DNA of 64,000 nt. It comes from Utricularia gibba (Eukaryota; Plantae; Magnoliophyta). Location of the stretch: assembly GCA_002189035.1 (NCBI GenBank), contig NEEC01000021.1:1612001-1676000 (forward strand), in the 5' to 3' direction. Below the pieces are notes generated by a model. The model worked only from the letters and a program-made list of their open reading frames with translations, searched no databases and was not told the DNA's origin. Positions 25,984-40,847 of this stretch are shown here, piece by piece. The position numbers were made by a program, and so were the translations under genes. Every line of letters begins with the position of its first letter. Within the stretch, counting starts at the first letter, position 1.

Positions 25984-26712
25984 CAGGAAAGCTCACAACA
26001 GAAACAGAACTACAAAACTATTAGATGACGCAGAAACTCAGCCTTGAAGCAACCCATTCCGCAGGGAAATGCTCTTATACAACTTACGAAGACGAAGACT
26101 TTTATGACCATCGAATAACTGTAAGTACAAAGTCAGGGTAAGACGCAGAAGATTTCAGTGCTTGTGATATGTGAAGAAACATGTACAAGATTAGGTAATC
26201 AATACCCTCATAGGGTTGAGATGAAGAGTATGATTATTTCAAGAACAAATTACCAATTCCCACATGAAAAGCGATGGAGTTGACCATGAAGCGCGTGAAG
26301 AGATTCTAATCTGATGCCATAGACCATGAGCAGAGTAATTGCACAACGAAACCTTGTACAACATTCTAAAATCTGAATGCGTATATGAAAACATGGAGAT
26401 TTTAGATTTTACTCGTACATCATTCCATCTGATTCTATATTTTCAAAAACATACATTCAAATATCAAATCGTCTTAAAAGAGCCCAGAAATCTTCTAGAA
26501 AAATCAATTCTTTCATCGAACAGATTATACAACAAGAATTAGAGAAAAGTGCACTATCTAGAGATCTGCACTGAGCACAGCTTTATGCAAAACAATCAAC
26601 CAATGGAACAACAACTCGACCGAATTCCAAAAACTACGTAAATGACAGGAGAAATCACAGCTACACGCGATTTCCCAAAATTCACCTAACCTGAAAAAGG
26701 AAACGATCCCAA

Positions 26713-27365
26713 TCATGCATCTTCACTCTTATCGTTAATGCGAAATCCAGTCTGAGATTTCGATCGCCTTGTTCTTGATGGCAAAATGTTGTTCAAATCA
26801 ACCTCAGCAAGTGGATCTTCGTCCACATCACTGCCATCGAGCCCATCAGAGAAATCTCCATCAGAGTCATCACTGGAATCATCAACGTCATCATGATCGT
26901 CATTCTGGCAGTCAGAATCTTCATCTTCTGAGTCCTCCATCATTTTTCCCTTTCCCTTCCTATCTACAGCTATCCCTTTCCCTTTTACATCAACCCTTCG
27001 TCTCCCCCATCCACATCTTCGTCTTGCTCAACACTGTAGTCCTCTTCATCCTCCTCATCATCATCATCGTTTTCTTCTAGGAAAGCATCGGCACCGTGGA
27101 GATGACCCTCTTCCTGAGGCAAAGAACCATTCTTTTCATCAATATTGTACTTCTTATTGGAAGCCGTTTCCTCTGGTTTCTCCAAATTCTCACCGGAGTC
27201 CGGAGACAGAGTTCCATTCTTCTCGGCTAAAGTTTCTTCTATCTTCCGTCTCTTGCCTGAGCCCGCACCCTCCGCTTCCGGCACTCTGCTCAAAGAAGTC
27301 GACCTATCGACCTTTCCCTCCCCTGAAAACTCCTCGCCTCCTCCAACGGATTTCACCTCCACCAT
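26713..27365 (-). CDS. CHZ1: CHZ-domain histone chaperone (H2A.Z/H2B), broken by a 1-nt frameshift at about 26995 as assembled
   Basis: Acidic N-terminal ORF, then KGKGIAVDRKGKGKMM and the CHZ motif DPLAEVDLNNILPSRTRR in a shifted frame. Confidence 0.85.
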
Positions 27366-27610
27366 TGGTTTCTGGGTTTTGTGAATTAGGGCGTTGAATT
27401 TACGGCTACCCAGTAGACATGAAAACCCGCAATTACCCCCGTGCTGAAGCGAGAAAATAATAAGAATAAAAAAGACAACTAAAAATCCCTAGTGAGAGAA
27501 TTTGCATCTCTTTGAGATCTTCGCAGAAACCTAGATCTGCAGCAACGATTTGCGATTCATATGTTTGAAGCTTCGCTCCGTCGATTGGTGGATTAGTGAA
27601 TCATTTTCAA

Positions 27611-30600
27611 ATGGCGGGGTGCATAAAAAGTGTTAACAGATCGGCAACAACGGCGTTCGCGCCTGGAGGAGGCTATGTCGCCGCGGGAACGATGGCTGGG
27701 GCGGTTGATCTGCAATTCAGCTCGTCAGCCAATCTGGATATATTCGAACTCGATTTCGTTTCCGATGATCGCCAACTTAGATTGGCTGGTACGGTTCCTA
27801 GTTCCGAGCGATTCAATCGGCTTTCGTGGGGGAAGGGCCCTTCGGATTCGGAGGAATATGCCGTTGGTGTCATTGCTGGTGGACTTGTTGACGGAAGTAT
27901 TGGACTCTGGAATCCTAAACACTTAATCGGGTGAGTCCTCGTTATAAATTTTTTGTGGTATGGCCTTCGGAGATCTTGTTTTCTTTCTGCGTTCTTGATG
28001 CTAAATTCTATTGCGTAATGGATGGAAGTTATCCTGTTAGCTGTTTTTTAGGGTATACACAAATCACAAGACGTATTCTGCATGTTCCAGTCAGCATTTA
28101 AAAAAGATTGTCACAAGCCTTCTTAATGTATTTCACCCCATCTATTAAAATGGTTTCACTGTTGTTTCTGGACATTGCTGCAAATTTTATATTCTTTGAT
28201 AAGTATATGTATTACGTTCTGGACCAACTTTTTGTTCTCATATGATGCTATTTGTTTTTAATCCGGACATTTTGTAATTATCACGAGGAAGGTTTCTTAT
28301 AGTCAAAGCGTATGCTTTCCTTTGTTGTAATGGTCAAGTTTCATCTTTATTTTTTTGTTCAATTTGACAACTCTGGCTCTTTAATCCTCTTTTCCTAACC
28401 TAAGTTCCACTTTTTTGCCGCACTCATCTTGTTTTGCATGCATTTCCTTTCTAGTTATACACTTTTTTTCTTTTCTTTTCAGTTCTGATGTTAGTAAGAA
28501 GGGTTCTGAAACGATGGATAGTGCTTTGCTGTCAACTCTTTCACTGCATCGAGGACCTGTAAGTTTCTTCTTTTTTGGGGATGTACATGCATTTATCCAG
28601 TAATTGTTGGTTTCAAGCGTTTCTTTGTTATTCATTTGTGTGTCTCAGGTGCGTGGCTTGGAGTTTAATTCGCTTTCCAATTCCCCAAAACTTCTTGCCT
28701 CTGGTGCGGATGATGGCGAAGTTGTAATATGGGACTTGTCCAAACCGTCAGAGCCAAGTCATTTTCCTCCATTGAGGGTGGGAGTTTTGATAAAATGTCG
28801 AATTTATTCAGTTTTCAATTGGCTTTTCAAGCTTACTTTTATTTTATTTTTATCATTGTCTCGCTAGTTACGGTAAGTATTCTTGCTCCATTATGCATAT
28901 TTAGAATTAAATTGTAGGTTTAGGCTTCTTTAATATCAAAGAGTTCAAATTGTTTATATTCTTATTCAACTATTTTCAGGGCACTGGGGCTGCAGCACAA
29001 GGAGAGATTTCATTTTTGTCATGGAATAGTGTGGTTCACCATGTACTCGCGTCCACTTCATTTAATGGGGTTACTGGTAAGAAGTAGAAGGCTTATCAAT
29101 CCTTACTTTTGTAGCTCACGCTTTGGCTCTTCCATAACAATAATTGTTCTTCACAGCGGTGTGGGATTTAAGGAAACAAAAGCCTGCTATAAGGTAATTT
29201 ATTGCATGGCGAACATATATTGTGCTTTTATTTTTTCCAACTCTCAGCTTGCCTGATGTTTGACATGGCCCACAGTTTTTCGGATCCTGTCAGAAGACGG
29301 TGCTCTGTTTTGCAGTGGCATCCGGATGTTGCTACACGGCTTCTTGTTGCTTCTGATGAAGACAACTCTCCATCTCTGAAGGTAGGCACTACTGCGTATC
29401 TTTTATTGGTATCAAGACATGAATTGTGGTTATATTGGATAAGACAATGGACCGTGTTTTTACTTCAGATGTGGGATATGAGGAATATACTATCTCCAGT
29501 GCAAGAGTTTGTGGGGCACACCAGAGGTATGTTAGAGCTCTTGGGATTTACTTACAATAAAAGTCGTCAATATTAGTGTTGGTTACATTGTTTTCGTATT
29601 TTAATTGCTTCAATAAATATTCCCATGCTCAATACTTAATGGTGTTTTCTATGTTACGGCAGTGATGTGAACTGAAACTCAATTTTATATTTTTTGATGT
29701 GCATCAGGTGTGATTGCCATGTCTTGGTGCCCATTTGATAGCTCATATCTTCTAACCTGTGCAAAAGATAACCGTACCATTTGTTGGGACACAGTGTCTG
29801 GAGAGGTAATTTTAGTTCATTGCAAGGCAAATGCCCCAGTTATTCATATTTTGCATAAATGCTCTTGTTTTCTTAATAGTTTCTGTTTATGCTTAGCAAC
29901 GCATCTATTTACCCTTATTATGATTTTTCAGGTTGTTGTTGAATTACCTGCTGGGTCCAACTGGAATTTTGATGTACATTGGTATTCCAAGATTCCTGGT
30001 CTGATTTCTGCATCTTCCTTCGATGGAAAAGTGGGAATTTATAACATAGAGGTATTTATTTGTGAAATAGCACACGTTAATGCACTTTTATGTGTAATTT
30101 AGGATGCAGTTGGCTTTTTTTGTTAGTTTTTTTGTTTCTATGCAGTGTGCCTATGGGCTTATAGTTTCATGAATGCGGTGTTCCAGTGCCTTCTATGTAT
30201 TTGAATCTGTCATGTGCTCATTTCTTTTCAAATTTATTCAAGCTGTAATTGTGCCACAAATGATTTAACCTCAATTCCTCTAGAAATTTTGGGCCTTCCT
30301 TTTTACAGTTGTTTCATTTATGCTGTGGATCCAGGGTTGTGGTCGATCTGTTAGTGGAGAGGGCAATATTGGAGCAGGTATTTTCCGATTCACAGAATAA
30401 AAGCGTATGTTAGATTTTGTTGTGATTTCTTCATGAATTAAGTTCATTTTGCTGTTTTAAATTGCATTTAAATACATTGCAAGCTTGTCAACATCCAAGG
30501 TTTTACTGACATTGGCCATCTTCTATGCCCTCTTAGATACGAACTTACTGAACTAGCCTGTTCAAGTTTCGTGTTACATATTGATTTGTAAATATCCCTT

Positions 30601-33600
30601 TCTTTTCTCAACAGCACCACTGAAGGCACCAAAATGGTACAAGCGAAGGGCTGGAGTTTCATTTGGTTTTGGCGGAAACCTTATTTCGTTTCAGTCTGTT
30701 GGATCTCCTGCTGGATCTTCAGAGGTGCAAGCCAAGTTCTGCATTTCTTGAATTGTTCCACACCTTTTGGTTATTTATATATATTTATTTCTTTATCTAG
30801 GTCTATTTACACAATTTGAAATTGGAGAATGATCTGATCAATCGATCTTCAGAGTTTGAAGCAGCTGTGCAGAGTGATGATTCATCCGCCCTTATAGCTT
30901 TCTGCGAAAGGAAATCCAAAGAATCTGGGTATGAAATCTTCAGTTTAAACCCTGTCACACTTCTGGTAGTCTGCGTGTTGATTTAGGAATTTCTTTTTGA
31001 GCAATCATCACTTTTCAGGTCTGAGGAGGAAAAGGAAACATGGGCTTTCATCAAGGTTATGTTCAATGAGGATGGGAGTGCAAGGTCAAAGTTGCTCACA
31101 CATCTTGGATTCACTCCACCTGCAGAAGAAAATAATACTTCGCATGATGACATTTCACACCAATTAAGTGCTCTTGGTTTAGATGACACTGCAATCGTTA
31201 AGGGGCTACTGTAAACAGAGAAGCAGTGCTTCTTGACAACGGGGAAAGTTTCTTTGATAATCTCCCAAGCCCTCGGGTAGATACTCCTTTGTCAAGGACC
31301 AGCAATGAATTTATTCATGAAGACCCTGTTCCTAAAAAAGAGCAAGAAGACATACATGAAGAGAGCTCCGATCAATCTCTTGATGATGCTGTTCAGCGTG
31401 CTTTAGTTGTTGGGGACTACAAGGGTGCTGTCGCTCAATGTTTTTCTGCTAATAGACTAGCTGATGCCTTGATCATTGCTCATGCGGGAGGAGTGTCCTT
31501 GTGGGAGAGTACACGCGATCAGTACCTGAGAACAAGCCGTTCTCCCTATCTAAAGGTCATCAAGTACCTATTTTGCTATCCTTGAAATTCCCTTTATCAT
31601 TTTTTCATTTGTTGATATTTTAATGTTTAATCTGTTTTTTCAGGTTCTTCACTCCATCGTAAACCATGATCTCATTAGCATGGCAAACACCAGACCTTTG
31701 AAATTGTGGAAGGAAACACTTGCGTTATTTTGTGCTGTAAATCTCTTCCCTTGAATTATAAATTGCGTTTATTACCCTTCTCATGTGTAATTGTAGCATA
31801 TTTGTGATGTATCTATCAACAATAGTGTATTTTTTCTGTTAACTTGAATTACTGTTACACAGTTCGGGCAGGCTGATGAATGGACGCTACTTTGTAACAC
31901 ACTGGCTTCTCGTTTGTTGGCTGCTGACTATACAACCGCAGCTACACTTACTTATATATGTGCCGGGAATATTGATGAAACTGTGAAAATCTGGTCAAAG
32001 AATTTGTCAAAAGAGCATGATGGGAAATCCTATATGAGCCGTCTCCAGGTATGTGTGTAGCTGCTATTGGTTCTCTGATCATTATTTGCACTTGGATGAG
32101 CAGGGTCTTAGAAGTGTCATTTTTATTCAGGATTTGATGGAAAAGACAGTCATATTTGCTTTGGCTTCTGGTCAAAAGCGTAGTGCTTCATTATCTAAAC
32201 TAGTTGAGAAATATGCTGAAATATTGGCGAGCCAAGGGCTTTTAACTACGGCAATGGATTATTTGAATCTTCTTGGGACAGAAGACTTGTCAACGGAACT
32301 TCGTGTTTTGCGTGATCGTATTCTTCGTTCAACAGAGCAAGGTCCATCATTCTCTGCGAAGTTGCTTTCTTTTGTTTGCTGGATTCATCCTGATAACATT
32401 AATTACTAATATTTTCCCTTATGTCAAACGTCATGCTTTTCCTCTTAAATGTCTTCCGTTTTTTTGTCATTGAGATAATTAGTTCAATACAAACATGTAT
32501 CGATATTTCATGTGTTTGATTGATGTCTTTTGACAGAGCTCTGATTGGCATCATTATTAGTTATTCAAGTTCAATGTGCCGAAACAACTTTTTTATATGA
32601 TAATCTACCTCACTGGTAAGGCAAAATGCTTCATATAAATACTAACGTTCTACATATGCAGAGCAAGAGCCTGAAAATGTTGCAGCTGGAAATAGTCAAC
32701 TCGTAAATGGACTTGCACCTGGTTATCAACCGAGTTATGGACACCAGCATTATTATCCGGTATTTTTCCTCATTTTAATCACTGGAAATATTTATGTTTC
32801 ACGAATGCATCATATTTTAATCTGCGATAGGACTCAACGACAACCCAGCTGCAGCCAACAGTGCAAGCAGCTCCTTATGCTGATCCATATCAGCGAGCTA
32901 CTGCATATACGCCTGTTTCTCAGCCATATCAATCACAGCCTTCAATATTTATGCCGCAGCCCGTAGCCCCAGCTCCAGTGGTACAAGACTTAAATTGTCA
33001 TATTTTCCTTCACGTGTGCTGTGTTCATGTGCTGCTTGTCACCTTCATGCAGGGAGCAAATGTCCATCTTCCTCCTGTCAATACGCAGCCCCCTGCGAAA
33101 TTCGTGCCTGCAAATCCTCCCATGTTACCAAACGTGGATCAATATCAGCAGCCATCCACACTGCATTCTCAGTTATATCCTGTATGCTGCTTGACATTGG
33201 ATGTATCTTTTACTTGTAAATTTGGTCTGAATCATGACCTTTCCCCTGTTTATAATATAGGGTACTGCCAACACTGGGTATGCTCGTCCTCCTCCATATG
33301 GATCTACGAATCCTCAAATTGCCCCAATTCCAGGTCAACAAGTCCCGTCTTCTGTGCCACCTGTACAATTCACTACAGTGAATAATCCAGGGGTCCAGAG
33401 ACCTGGCATGAATACAATGCAACCTCCCAGTCCAAGCCGGTCTGCCACTCCAGTGCAGCCACATGTTGCTCCCGCCACACCTCCACCTACAGTGCAGACA
33501 GTTGATACTTCAAGTGTGCCTGGTAAATCTTTTCTACGCATGGTCTGCGGGGAGACTTCATATATCCATTCCTTTGATGTGCTGTATTCGTTAGCTGACT

Positions 33601-34041
33601 TTTATCTCTACAAAACTACAACAGCGGAACAGAAGCCTGTTCTTGCAACATTGACTAGGCTTTTTAATGAGACAAGTGAAGCATTGGGGGGAGCACGAGC
33701 CAATCCAGCAAAGAAGCGGGAAATAGAAGAAATGTCAAGGAAGTTGGGAGCCTTGTTTGCAAAACTCAATAGTGGAGACATATCAAAAAATGCATCCGAG
33801 AAGCTCATACAGCTCTGCCGTGCGCTTGATAACAGCGACCTTGCTACTGCTCTCCAAATCCAGGTGCGAAGAAGGAACACCATATCTACCTTGTTCTTGT
33901 CTCATATGTTTTCCACTTCCCTTCAACCTAATGTGATGAGATGATACGCAGGTCCTCCTCACCACAAGCGACTGGGAAGAATGCAACTTCTGGTTAGTGA
34001 CGCTAAAAAGAATGATCAAAATTAAGCAGAGCATGAGATAA
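27611..34041 (+). CDS. SEC31: COPII coat protein SEC31 (SEC31B-like), multi-exon; 1-nt frameshift at about 31203 as assembled
   Basis: [32 protein letters not shown]40 exons, proline-rich region, and C-terminal [10 protein letters not shown]...[15 protein letters not shown]...[10 protein letters not shown]. Confidence 0.95.
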
Positions 34042-34446
34042 AGTTACCAGTAGCCCCTGGCTATGCAATGCCAGATGTCCAGAATCCGGTGGCTCATACA
34101 TGTAACACAAGTGGCTTGGTATGGATAGATTTCCAGATTCTTGGTCTTCGTCTCCATGTTTTTTATTTTTCTGGTTTAAACATCTTCTGGGTTCTGCCAT
34201 ACGAAATACTCATCTGGGTTTTTCTCCCAAGGAGTTTGCCTTCAACATTTATTTGTGTCGATTGCATGACCTTTGTTTCTCAATTGCTGTTTTATTCCAG
34301 TGTAGGTTCCTCAAAACATTGCTGTAACTGCCCTCAGCCACTTGCTTAGTTCTAACATCATTATTACTGACATTACAAAAGGGATTTCAGTTGAGTTCAA
34401 TTCAATTCAATAGCTACCAAAGTCGTGTAGGAAGTGAAGGCAGGGG

Positions 34447-36444
34447 TTATCTTTGAAACTGCCTGGGGACCCTTGGTGTGGGTACGACTCCAGCACGACC
34501 CGATTTCAGGAGCTCCAGCCGGTCCTCGATTGTCTTGTCGAATGTCCGGTTCTCCGGATTCTCTGCATAGCAAACGTAGTAGCAGGCAACACAGGCCTGA
34601 GGCAACGCCATAGCAATTCTCGTCTGCAATACAACAAGATGCGCATTTCATTCTCAACTCCCAGAACCAGAATCGTTGGACAAGAGGGGATGGGGAACCA
34701 ACCATGAGGTATCCGATGAAGGCGGCGAGGGCGGACAGGGAAGCCAGGTAGCTCCGGTAGATGGCGGATGTCCAGGCAGCCACGGCGATGGTGCATATGG
34801 CACCGCTGCAAACTCCCGTCAGGAAGCAAATGGCGCTGGTTATGTCGGAGTCGACTATCTCCACCATTTCGCGCTTCTGGAAGAGCTCCCATGTGTCCTG
34901 TGATGCCTTGACGAACCCCTTTCCATAAGCCGCAATCTGAAACAGGGTCTCATCTCACATCACATCATGCCGCTCTCAAGAGTGATGTGATTGCAAGCAA
35001 TTCCTTACCTGAACATAGGCCCAGCCATTCCCTCGGCTGAAAATGGACTCCATGACGTTTAGACAACAATGAGCACAGGAGAACAAGAACTCGTCTTCCC
35101 CCTCGATGAGATTCAGTCCCCGGGCCACAATCCGGAGTGCTTCAATGGCGGGAACGAACAACGATCCCAGGCTTGCACTCCCAAGATTTCGTGTTACCGC
35201 TCGTTGGAAGGAGAAGTGAGTGCTGGACTGCATCCCTCTGAGGTAATAAAGAGCCATCACCCTGCTGACAGTAACGTTAGAGACATTCCTCATCACCTCC
35301 GCTGTCCAGGCCAGGCTTAGAATCAGTGCTATTATAACCAGCGGCGGGAGGAAGAAATTCAAGGATCCAATAACCGCAACAATCCATAACGACATCCATA
35401 AGAATCCTGCTCCGAGCATGTAGTAAGTAGGATGATTCAAGTCCCGGAATTTGGGTACAGGTTCAAGAGCCTTGATGAGTATCTTGGAGCAAAAGCCTGC
35501 TCTTTGTGATACCCAGCAAGCATATAGCCCGTTACCGATGGAGAAAATGATGAACAGGGCTCCCACGGCATTGGCTGCTGGAATCTGGAAGCAGATCAGA
35601 AGAATCCCTGCGGCTAAGGTGAGCACAAAAGAGCTCCAAATGATGAAATGGACCATGAATTTTGGCCACATTCGCACGGCCTTCTGCCAGATGAATGCCA
35701 ACGTAATGCTGAGAAGAGAAGCAACTTCAACCTGCGGAAGGAAGTACCTGAGCACTCTCTGCTCCCTAATCCGTGTCCCCTGCTGCACCATTGCTTGAAC
35801 TCCTTTGAATATCAAGAATCCCACCAATCCAACCACTGAAACAAGATGTACCACGAACAAAACCAGAGAGACCTTGTCCGTGTAGCACCTTGCGTTCAGA
35901 GAAACCACTAACTGCCGCTAGAGACACACACAAACACACAGAGAAACAGTAAACACACCATGAACAAGCAAGATAATGTGCAGACAGAGGTTGTTTCATT
36001 TACTTGTTGCGACGGGGCAGAGTAAGGGTCAGCGGACTGCGGCGGTGGCGAAGGGGAAGGGGGAGATTGGTGGCGAGGTGGCTGCATAAGAGAAGGAGAA
36101 ACGACGCGTGTGCCGCTATCCATGACGAGTCTCAGCGGATTTGTGGCGCTCAACCTCTGCATTCTCGACACGCCGTTTCCGGTATCCGGAGGAACAGATT
36201 GCACCGTTTCCTCGCGATTTGTCGTTCTCCCCCTTTCCAAATCCTCAATTTCTTCTTCCCTTCGTTCATCTTCGCCATTTCCTCGCTCCAGTTCTTCCTC
36301 CCCAATTACTTGCTCCGATTCCTTCCTCCTATCCAACACAACCTACACGTACCAGCAAAAACAACCAAATTGGGGCACAAGTGAAACCGAAGCTGGGTTG
36401 GTGGAGAGAATTGACGATCATACGGGTTCATCAGCAGAAACCAT
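34447..36444 (-). CDS. Choline transporter-like (CTL/PNS1 family) membrane protein
   Basis: Short exon MVSADEP, a proline-rich exon, a large multi-TM exon (RNLGSASLGSL, GNGWAYVQ|IAAYGKGFVKASQDTW) and C-terminal CYAENP...PTPRVP. Confidence 0.88.
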
Positions 36445-36884
36445 CGACGACTGCGGGCGGCGCGTGTAATCAATCCCTCTTTCTGGTTCTAGAATCCGGT
36501 GAGGCGCCCCCAGTTCCGGCGATGGAGGCTACTCCGACACGCGCTGTTGTGACCGTGGAGAGGCGCATATCCAAACAGCATTCTTTTACACAAGAGGGAA
36601 AAGTGGTTTTGTCTATATCTGCGGAGCCTGAATTGTGTGCTCACAGGTCCACGTGCACCAGCAGGCCTCCACTTGTCACGTGCTTTTCTTGGAATTTTGG
36701 CGAATCTTTTTTTCCTCATATAACCTAAGCTCCTAGACCTAGAGTGGTGCAAATTAGGCCTATTAAAGGCATCTTTTCTGTATTTTTTCACCCAATAAAT
36801 AAATTAAAAATGTGTGTTTTAGGAGTGGGATAATCAAATTGAGGAAACCTTATAATCATACAAAAATACACGTGTGTTACTGCA

Positions 36885-36968
36885 TTTATGGGCCTTCTGC
36901 GCGAGGACTCACTAGCCTAATTATTTGGGTCACAAACCAATGTAAGGCCCAAGATAAAAAAGCCCACT
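36885..36968. promoter_or_regulatory. Site II cluster in the divergent CTL / RPL1 promoter
   Basis: tgggcc, ggccca and agccca lie immediately upstream of the RPL1 start, as expected for ribosomal protein genes. Confidence 0.55.
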
Positions 36969-37063
36969 AGCAGCAGCTCCTCTATCTTTCTTTAAAAATT
37001 TGGATATGTTGGTCTGCCTGCACGTCGAGTTATCTCCGGTCATTAATCACTGCCAATCCTCCG

Positions 37064-39126
37064 ATGGCGCTCGCCGGTCCACCATCCGCTCTCGGTCTCC
37101 CACCGACGCACCGTCTGGAACCTGAATGCGGTTCTTTTGGAGCTTCCTCCGTGACCTTTTCAAAGCCTAAAAATGAAACGGCGATGTTTTTCACGCTCGC
37201 GAGAACTTTCTCTCTGTATCCATTGGTTCTCAAGTGCGCGGGGTCGTTTGACTGTCGCACGATGAAATCCATCGCAGTTTCTGCTTTCTCTGCGGAAGCT
37301 GAAGTGGAGGAGGGTGTGGAGCAGGAGAAAGATGACGGTGGTGCTGTTGCCGTTGCTACGAAGCCAAAGAAAGGCAAGGCTGCGTTGCCTTTGAAGAGGG
37401 ACAGGGTAAAAACCTTGGCTGTGCACCTTTTGTTTGTTTGTTTGTTTGTGCTAGTATTTTGAGTGTAGTATCCTCTATTGTGATGGTTGGTGTTCTCCAG
37501 TCGAACCAAGTACTTGGGTTGGAGAAGGACATGCCGAAATATTGTGAAAATCGTGGTTGTATGGCTGTTTTTAAAGATTCGGGGATATGATTAGTAACTG
37601 GCTCCTCCATTTCATAAATTACATGAATTGGAGAATGTTGTGAAAAATGTGCGTATACAATTGCTTCAGTTGCTGCATTCGATGTAGATTCTTGTTATAT
37701 TTGCATCTCTAGTTGCCTTTTTTGCTGGGTTGATTAAAAAGTCATTCTTGTGTATTGGCGCTAACAGTCAAGGTCCAAGAGATTTCTGGAAATTCAGAAG
37801 TTGAGAGAGAACAAACAGGAGTACGAGTTGAAGACAGCTATATCATTGCTAAAGCAAACAGCAAACACCAAGTTTGTCGAAACAGTCGAAGCCCATTTCC
37901 GCTTGAATATTGATCCAAAGTACAATGATCAACAGCTTAGAGCAACGGTGAGTCTACTTATTTCCATGGTGAGATTAACTGAATATTTGCGCGATTAAGC
38001 GAGTAATGAAACAAATCTGTAGGTAAATCTACCCAAAGGGACTGGTCAGACCGTCAGAGTTGCTGTTCTCACACAAGGTATTCCAATATTTTGCAGGGAT
38101 ACTGAATTGCATCTACCTACCTCGAGTAAAGATTTCAAGACTCTGGCTTGCCCTTGACTATATGAGTCTACGAACCTAGAAAATGGTATTGCAGTCTTTC
38201 TGGACTCATTTCTGTGCAGTTGATTCTTTTATACAGGAGAAAAGTTCGATGAGGCAAAAAATGCTGGAGCAGATATAGTTGGCGGTGAGGACTTGATAGA
38301 TCAGATAAAGGGAGGATTCATGGATTTTGATAAGCTGCTTGCAACACCTGATATGATGCCCAAGGTATCGTTTTCACTGTCAACTTTCATATGCTAATAT
38401 GCATTTAATCTTTGATTGACACTTTTGTAAATTCTTCGCCATACACTCTTGGCTCATTCCTCTTTTCAACTACTTCTAACTCCTCTAAAAATGACCGTTC
38501 TTTCCATCAATAAGGTTGCAAGTTTGGGAAAAATCCTCGGGCCACGAGGGCTCATGCCAAACCCAAAGGCTGGCACAGTGACCACAAACGTACCACAGGT
38601 ACAGTTTGAGTAGTTCCCTCTTAGCTTTCTTCCTCCATTTCATGATCCCATCTGGAGTCATATCATGCCTTTCATCCAATTCATCCTCATCTACGTTCGT
38701 TTATTTACTTAGTGTTGTCTCTTAGAAAAATTTGAAATTGTTATCACAATCTTATAAATTGAGACATGAACTACAGGCTATAGCGGAATTTAAGAAAGGG
38801 AAAGTTGAATATCGAGCTGATAAAACCGGGATAGTCCATTTGCCTTTTGGGAAAGCAGAGTTTTCAGAGGAAGATCTCACCATAAACTTTCTTGCAGCCG
38901 TTGTGAGTCTTGGAATCCCCACTCTTCATCTATATTTTGTTCCCAAGACATAATGCTTGCTGGAGACGTGGTTGAAGATTTCTATCAAATTTTGCAGAGA
39001 TCTGTAGAAACAAACAAGCCTTCGGGGGCCAAAGGTGTCTACTGGAAAAGTGCACATATATGCTCGTCAATGGGGCCATCGATTCGGTTGAACATCAAGG
39101 ACATGCTAGACTTCAAGCTCCCTTGA
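37064..39126 (+). CDS. RPL1: Plastid 50S ribosomal protein L1 with transit peptide
   Basis: [61 protein letters not shown] and [10 protein letters not shown] motifs. Confidence 0.95.
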
Positions 39127-39324
39127 GGCTGTGTGTACATGTAAAGTTTTGTTTGAACCTCCAAGTACTCTTCTGACATACAAAGTACAGCATAGGAATG
39201 ATCTTTGAAAACAGAGCAATGAGTAAGCCCTCTATCTAAATGCCTGCACCTGAATCTTATATGGAAAATCAATTTGTTTAACAGAAGAATGCATGTAAAC
39301 TAGGCGAGCCAGCCAAAATGCACA

Positions 39325-40847
39325 TCACATAAATTTGATGTCTGGTTCAGATTTGTGCAGATTGTGAAGAATATACAGGGAAGCTGATGACAAGAATACA
39401 CACAGAGAGTAGCTTAACAAGTCTAGTCCTGTAGAAATTGTAACCATTTTGCTCCTTTCGAACATTTTCACCAGAAGGATCATCACTATGACATGCCCCA
39501 CTTTAGTTTTCAGCTCATCAAGTGAGCTGATCTTCATCCACTTTGGCCTCTCCTGCAAGAAGGATAATGCATTTTCGAGCCATGATCATTGTATCAAATG
39601 TTTGCATAACACAGTAGTGTGATACCTTGAGGGCAAACATGCCGAATAACGAAGAAACTTGGAGGGCACGATCGAATGGAGGAGGTACATCATGGGGCAC
39701 GTTGGAGATGAACAGACCATACAAACCCATTCCAAATATCAGCATCACAGTTCCAGCAAGATACACATCTGTTTTGATACATCAGTTACTAGTGCAAAGA
39801 GAAAACCAAAGAAACCTGCCGTGGGAGCAGAAAATGTAGAGATTCAACAGGCGTTTACCAATGGCTTCTACCAGTCTAAGAACCATCTTTCCAGTATGAA
39901 CCCCTTTGACACAACTACTCCAGTATACTTTATATGCATCAACAATGTAAATGCATCCCTGCAAGTAGAACATGTATGCATATCAGAACATTTGCAAACT
40001 TATTGATCATGTTCCATGAATGCTGATCTCTCATATAGGACAGTGAACTGCTATCAGTAGAAGGGATGCCTGAGAACATACATTGAGAAAGCACAGCAAG
40101 GAACCAGCTAGCGAGCCCCCAACTGCAAGAAGTGCCAAAAAGCGGAAGTCGAAGATAACCTGCTTCGTCCAAGGGATCATTTATGAAGAGAAGGAACATA
40201 AAAACCAGTGAAAAGCAGCTTTGAAACACATTTGTTGCAGTCTAACCCATATATCCTGGTTCACGGCTACAAAATGATTCATAGGTTACAGTCACATGAG
40301 TAGTTAGATCGAAATGTTAACCTCCCAACCTCATCCTGAAAACACAAACGGCCATCCATACTTATATCTAGAAGTGTTTGTTTGCAGGGATATTCTACAA
40401 CTCACCAAAGATTCATCAATTCTTATTAGAAATATGAAGTGAGCGAGAATTGCGCTTCATTGGTTAAACGCAATCACCAACAATCTTACTCGCCCATCCA
40501 AACAATGAAAAGAAAAAAAAAAAAAAAACAACCCTACTTACTCTTTCGATCGTTGATTCGGTGCGTTGTACCAAACGCATAAAAGAGCTACTGCCATTCG
40601 GATTTTCCAAGGCGTGATTGTAAGACACGTCGATTGAGCTGACAGATGACCCCTTTGCTGAAACTGTAAAATTTTCACCTTTTGTGGGACCTTTAGATTC
40701 TTGGGATGATGTTGAAGGAGAATGAGGCGAAGAAGAAGAAGCACTTAAAGATACAGTCAAAGGCAAAAACTTTCTGGGTATTCTTTGTGAAGACGCGTAG
40801 AGGCAGAGGCAATTTGCCGGAACAGGGGAAGAGAAAATGGCCATCAT
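39325..40847 (-). CDS. UPF0114 family membrane protein with plastid-type transit peptide
   Basis: IFDFRFLALLAVGGSLAGSLLCFLN, YLAGTVMLIFGMGLYGLFIS and SSLDELKTKVGHVIVMILLV motifs. Confidence 0.88.
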
